From contig CAWBYX010000005.1 of NCBI GenBank assembly GCA_963793135.1, positions 129,203 to 193,202 on the forward strand: 64,000 nt of DNA, given 5' to 3'. Of this stretch, positions 62,637-64,000 are shown piece by piece. Position 1 is the stretch's first letter. Each line of letters opens with the position of its first letter. The position numbers and the translations under genes are program-made. Source of the stretch: an uncultured Verrucomicrobiae bacterium (GTDB lineage: Bacteria; Verrucomicrobiota; Verrucomicrobiia; Chthoniobacterales; JAFAMB01). The notes under the pieces were generated by a model. It was given only the letters and a program-made list of their open reading frames with translations. It had not been told where the DNA came from and searched no databases.

Positions 62637-63779
62637 ATGGCCAGCGTTGATTTACAGGGTCTGACCAAATGGTACGGCAAAAGGCGCGGGGTCGAAAATC
62701 TGAGCCTGACAATTGCCGACAAGGAATTCGTGGCGATGTTCGGTCCGGCTGGAGCCGGAAAAACGACCACCTTGAATCTGATTGCGGGCATCGTGACTCC
62801 CAACCAGGGCACGGTCAAAATTGGCGGGCGGGACATCGATGGTCTAGAGCCCGCGGAACGCAATGTGGCAATGGTCTTTGAAAGTTACGCGCTCTACCCG
62901 CAGCTGACCGTCTTTGACAACATGGCGTTTCCGTTGCGCAGTCCCAAGTTCCGGCTTCCGGAGGATCAGGTGAAGGAACGGGTGACCCAATACGCCAAGG
63001 TCATGAAGATCGACCATCTGCTAGGGCGCCAGATCACGGCGCTCAGTAATGGCCAACGGCAGCGAACCGCTCTTGGCCGGGCCTTGGTTCGCAAGCCTGA
63101 TATCTTTCTTCTGGACGAGCCACTCAGCCATCTGGATGCCAAGCTTCGACATTCGATGCGAGCCGAGCTCAAGGAGATGCGAAGCCAGCTCGGGACGACG
63201 ACGCTCTACGTCACTCACGATTATCTGGAAGCGATGAGTCTTGGGGACCGGATCGTGGTCATCAACGAGGGCCAGACCCTGCAGATCGGCACCCCGAAGG
63301 AAATCTATTTCCACCCAGCCAGCACCTTGGTGGCCCAGTTGTTTGGCGATCCCGAAGTGAACCTGCTCGACGCAACCGTCAAATCGAAAGGTGGCACCGA
63401 ATTGCAATTGCAGATGCTCGGGGAAAATGTCGCGGTACCGGTCCCAGCGGATGTGGCGCAGATTTTGCAGAAGAAAAGTCGGGAAAAGATCCGGGTGGGC
63501 GTCCGTCCCTCCGACGTCAGCATCGTACCGGATGGCAATAAGAATGCCTTCCACGGTGTAGTCTACAGCTTTGAACCGCTCGGCACCAAGTCGGTGTTAA
63601 CGGTGCAGGCCGTCGATGGGACGCGGATCAGAGCCTTGGTGGATGGGCACCTGACCTTTGAAATGGACCGCCGCGTGCAGTTTTCCGTCGAACCGCATTC
63701 TCTGCTGGCCTTTGATCCGGAGAGTCTGGCTTTTCTGGCACGATCCGAACAAACCGCGGAGGCGCTTACCCATGGCTGA
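62637..63779 (+). CDS. sugar ABC transporter ATP-binding protein (MalK/UgpC-type)
   Basis: 380-aa ORF. Walker [10 protein letters not shown], signature LSNGQRQR, Walker [13 protein letters not shown]. Confidence 0.9.
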   Translation: MASVDLQGLTKWYGKRRGVENLSLTIADKEFVAMFGPAGAGKTTTLNLIAGIVTPNQGTVKIGGRDIDGLEPAERNVAMVFESYALYPQLTVFDNMAFPLRSPKFRLPEDQVKERVTQYAKVMKIDHLLGRQITALSNGQRQRTALGRALVRKPDIFLLDEPLSHLDAKLRHSMRAELKEMRSQLGTTTLYVTHDYLEAMSLGDRIVVINEGQTLQIGTPKEIYFHPASTLVAQLFGDPEVNLLDATVKSKGGTELQLQMLGENVAVPVPADVAQILQKKSREKIRVGVRPSDVSIVPDGNKNAFHGVVYSFEPLGTKSVLTVQAVDGTRIRALVDGHLTFEMDRRVQFSVEPHSLLAFDPESLAFLARSEQTAEALTHG

Positions 63780-64000
63780 GCTCACCCTTAGAAAAGTCGT
63801 CAAACAATACAGCCCCACGACGCCACGGGCCGTCGACAATCTGAATCTGGAGATGCGGGATGGCGAGTTCATCGCGCTCCTGGGCCCCTCTGGCTGCGGT
63901 AAGTCGACCACCCTCCGGATGGTGGCCGGTTTGGAAACGATTACCGAAGGTGAAATGTTGATCGGTGGGAAAGTGATCAACAACACTCATCCAAAAGATC
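63772..64000 (+). CDS. second MalK-type ABC ATP-binding protein, 5' part (runs off window end)
   Basis: Absent from the ORF track (no stop in the window). The ATG at 63772 overlaps the upstream stop codon. Translation: [71 protein letters not shown]. Confidence 0.85.
   Translation, partial: MAELTLRKVVKQYSPTTPRAVDNLNLEMRDGEFIALLGPSGCGKSTTLRMVAGLETITEGEMLIGGKVINNTHPKD

Overview
64-kb chromosomal window, most likely from a Verrucomicrobiota/PVC-group bacterium. That assignment is an inference from the 16S signature CCTACGGGTGGCAGCAG and from the many Gfo/Idh/MocA and sugar-transport genes.

Content in order:
- 1-6.5 kb: 5' part of mutS, an Aas-like acyltransferase/acyl-ACP synthetase, an L,D-transpeptidase, tsf-rpsB and a PduO-type adenosyltransferase.
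- 6.7-19.8 kb, minus strand: the classical tRNA-Thr-tuf-tRNA-Trp-secE-nusG-rplK-rplA-rplJ-rplL-rpoB-rpoC cluster.
- 20-26.4 kb: YmdB-like phosphoesterase, a MurNAc-L-Ala amidase and a CUT2-type sugar ABC transporter.
- 26.4-32.3 kb: DUF1269 protein, tRNA-Pro, an SPFH/flotillin remnant, a CPA1 Na+/H+ antiporter and small hypothetical proteins.
- 32.5-39.8 kb: a GntR-linked block of Gfo/Idh/MocA oxidoreductases, a cupin and a decayed ABC transporter.
- 42.5-48.3 kb, minus strand: a complete rrn operon (16S-tRNA-Ala-tRNA-Ile-23S-5S).
- 48.9-58.6 kb: ubiX, xylB, glyoxalase, amidohydrolase, thiM, a NagB-LmbE fusion, a sugar-binding protein and a ClC channel.
- 59.3-64 kb: a CUT1-type sugar ABC operon that runs off the 3' end.

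I found no CRISPR array, transposase, integrase, toxin-antitoxin pair or recognisable defence genes. I cannot support any novel multigene system.

Features the gene list does not explain:
1. At least 15 single-base frame disruptions in 7 genes, including two in essential rpoC. Alongside them are genuine decay products: a truncated SPFH gene, a chimeric ORF and a permease stub.
2. A striking set of intergenic elements built from locus-specific 6-8-nt words, arranged as word-array / spacer / reverse-complement array.
3. A 48-nt AT-rich helix inserted in the 16S rRNA gene.
4. A non-canonical Ala-then-Ile tRNA order in the 16S-23S spacer.

All functional calls rest on motif recognition by eye. No database search was run.
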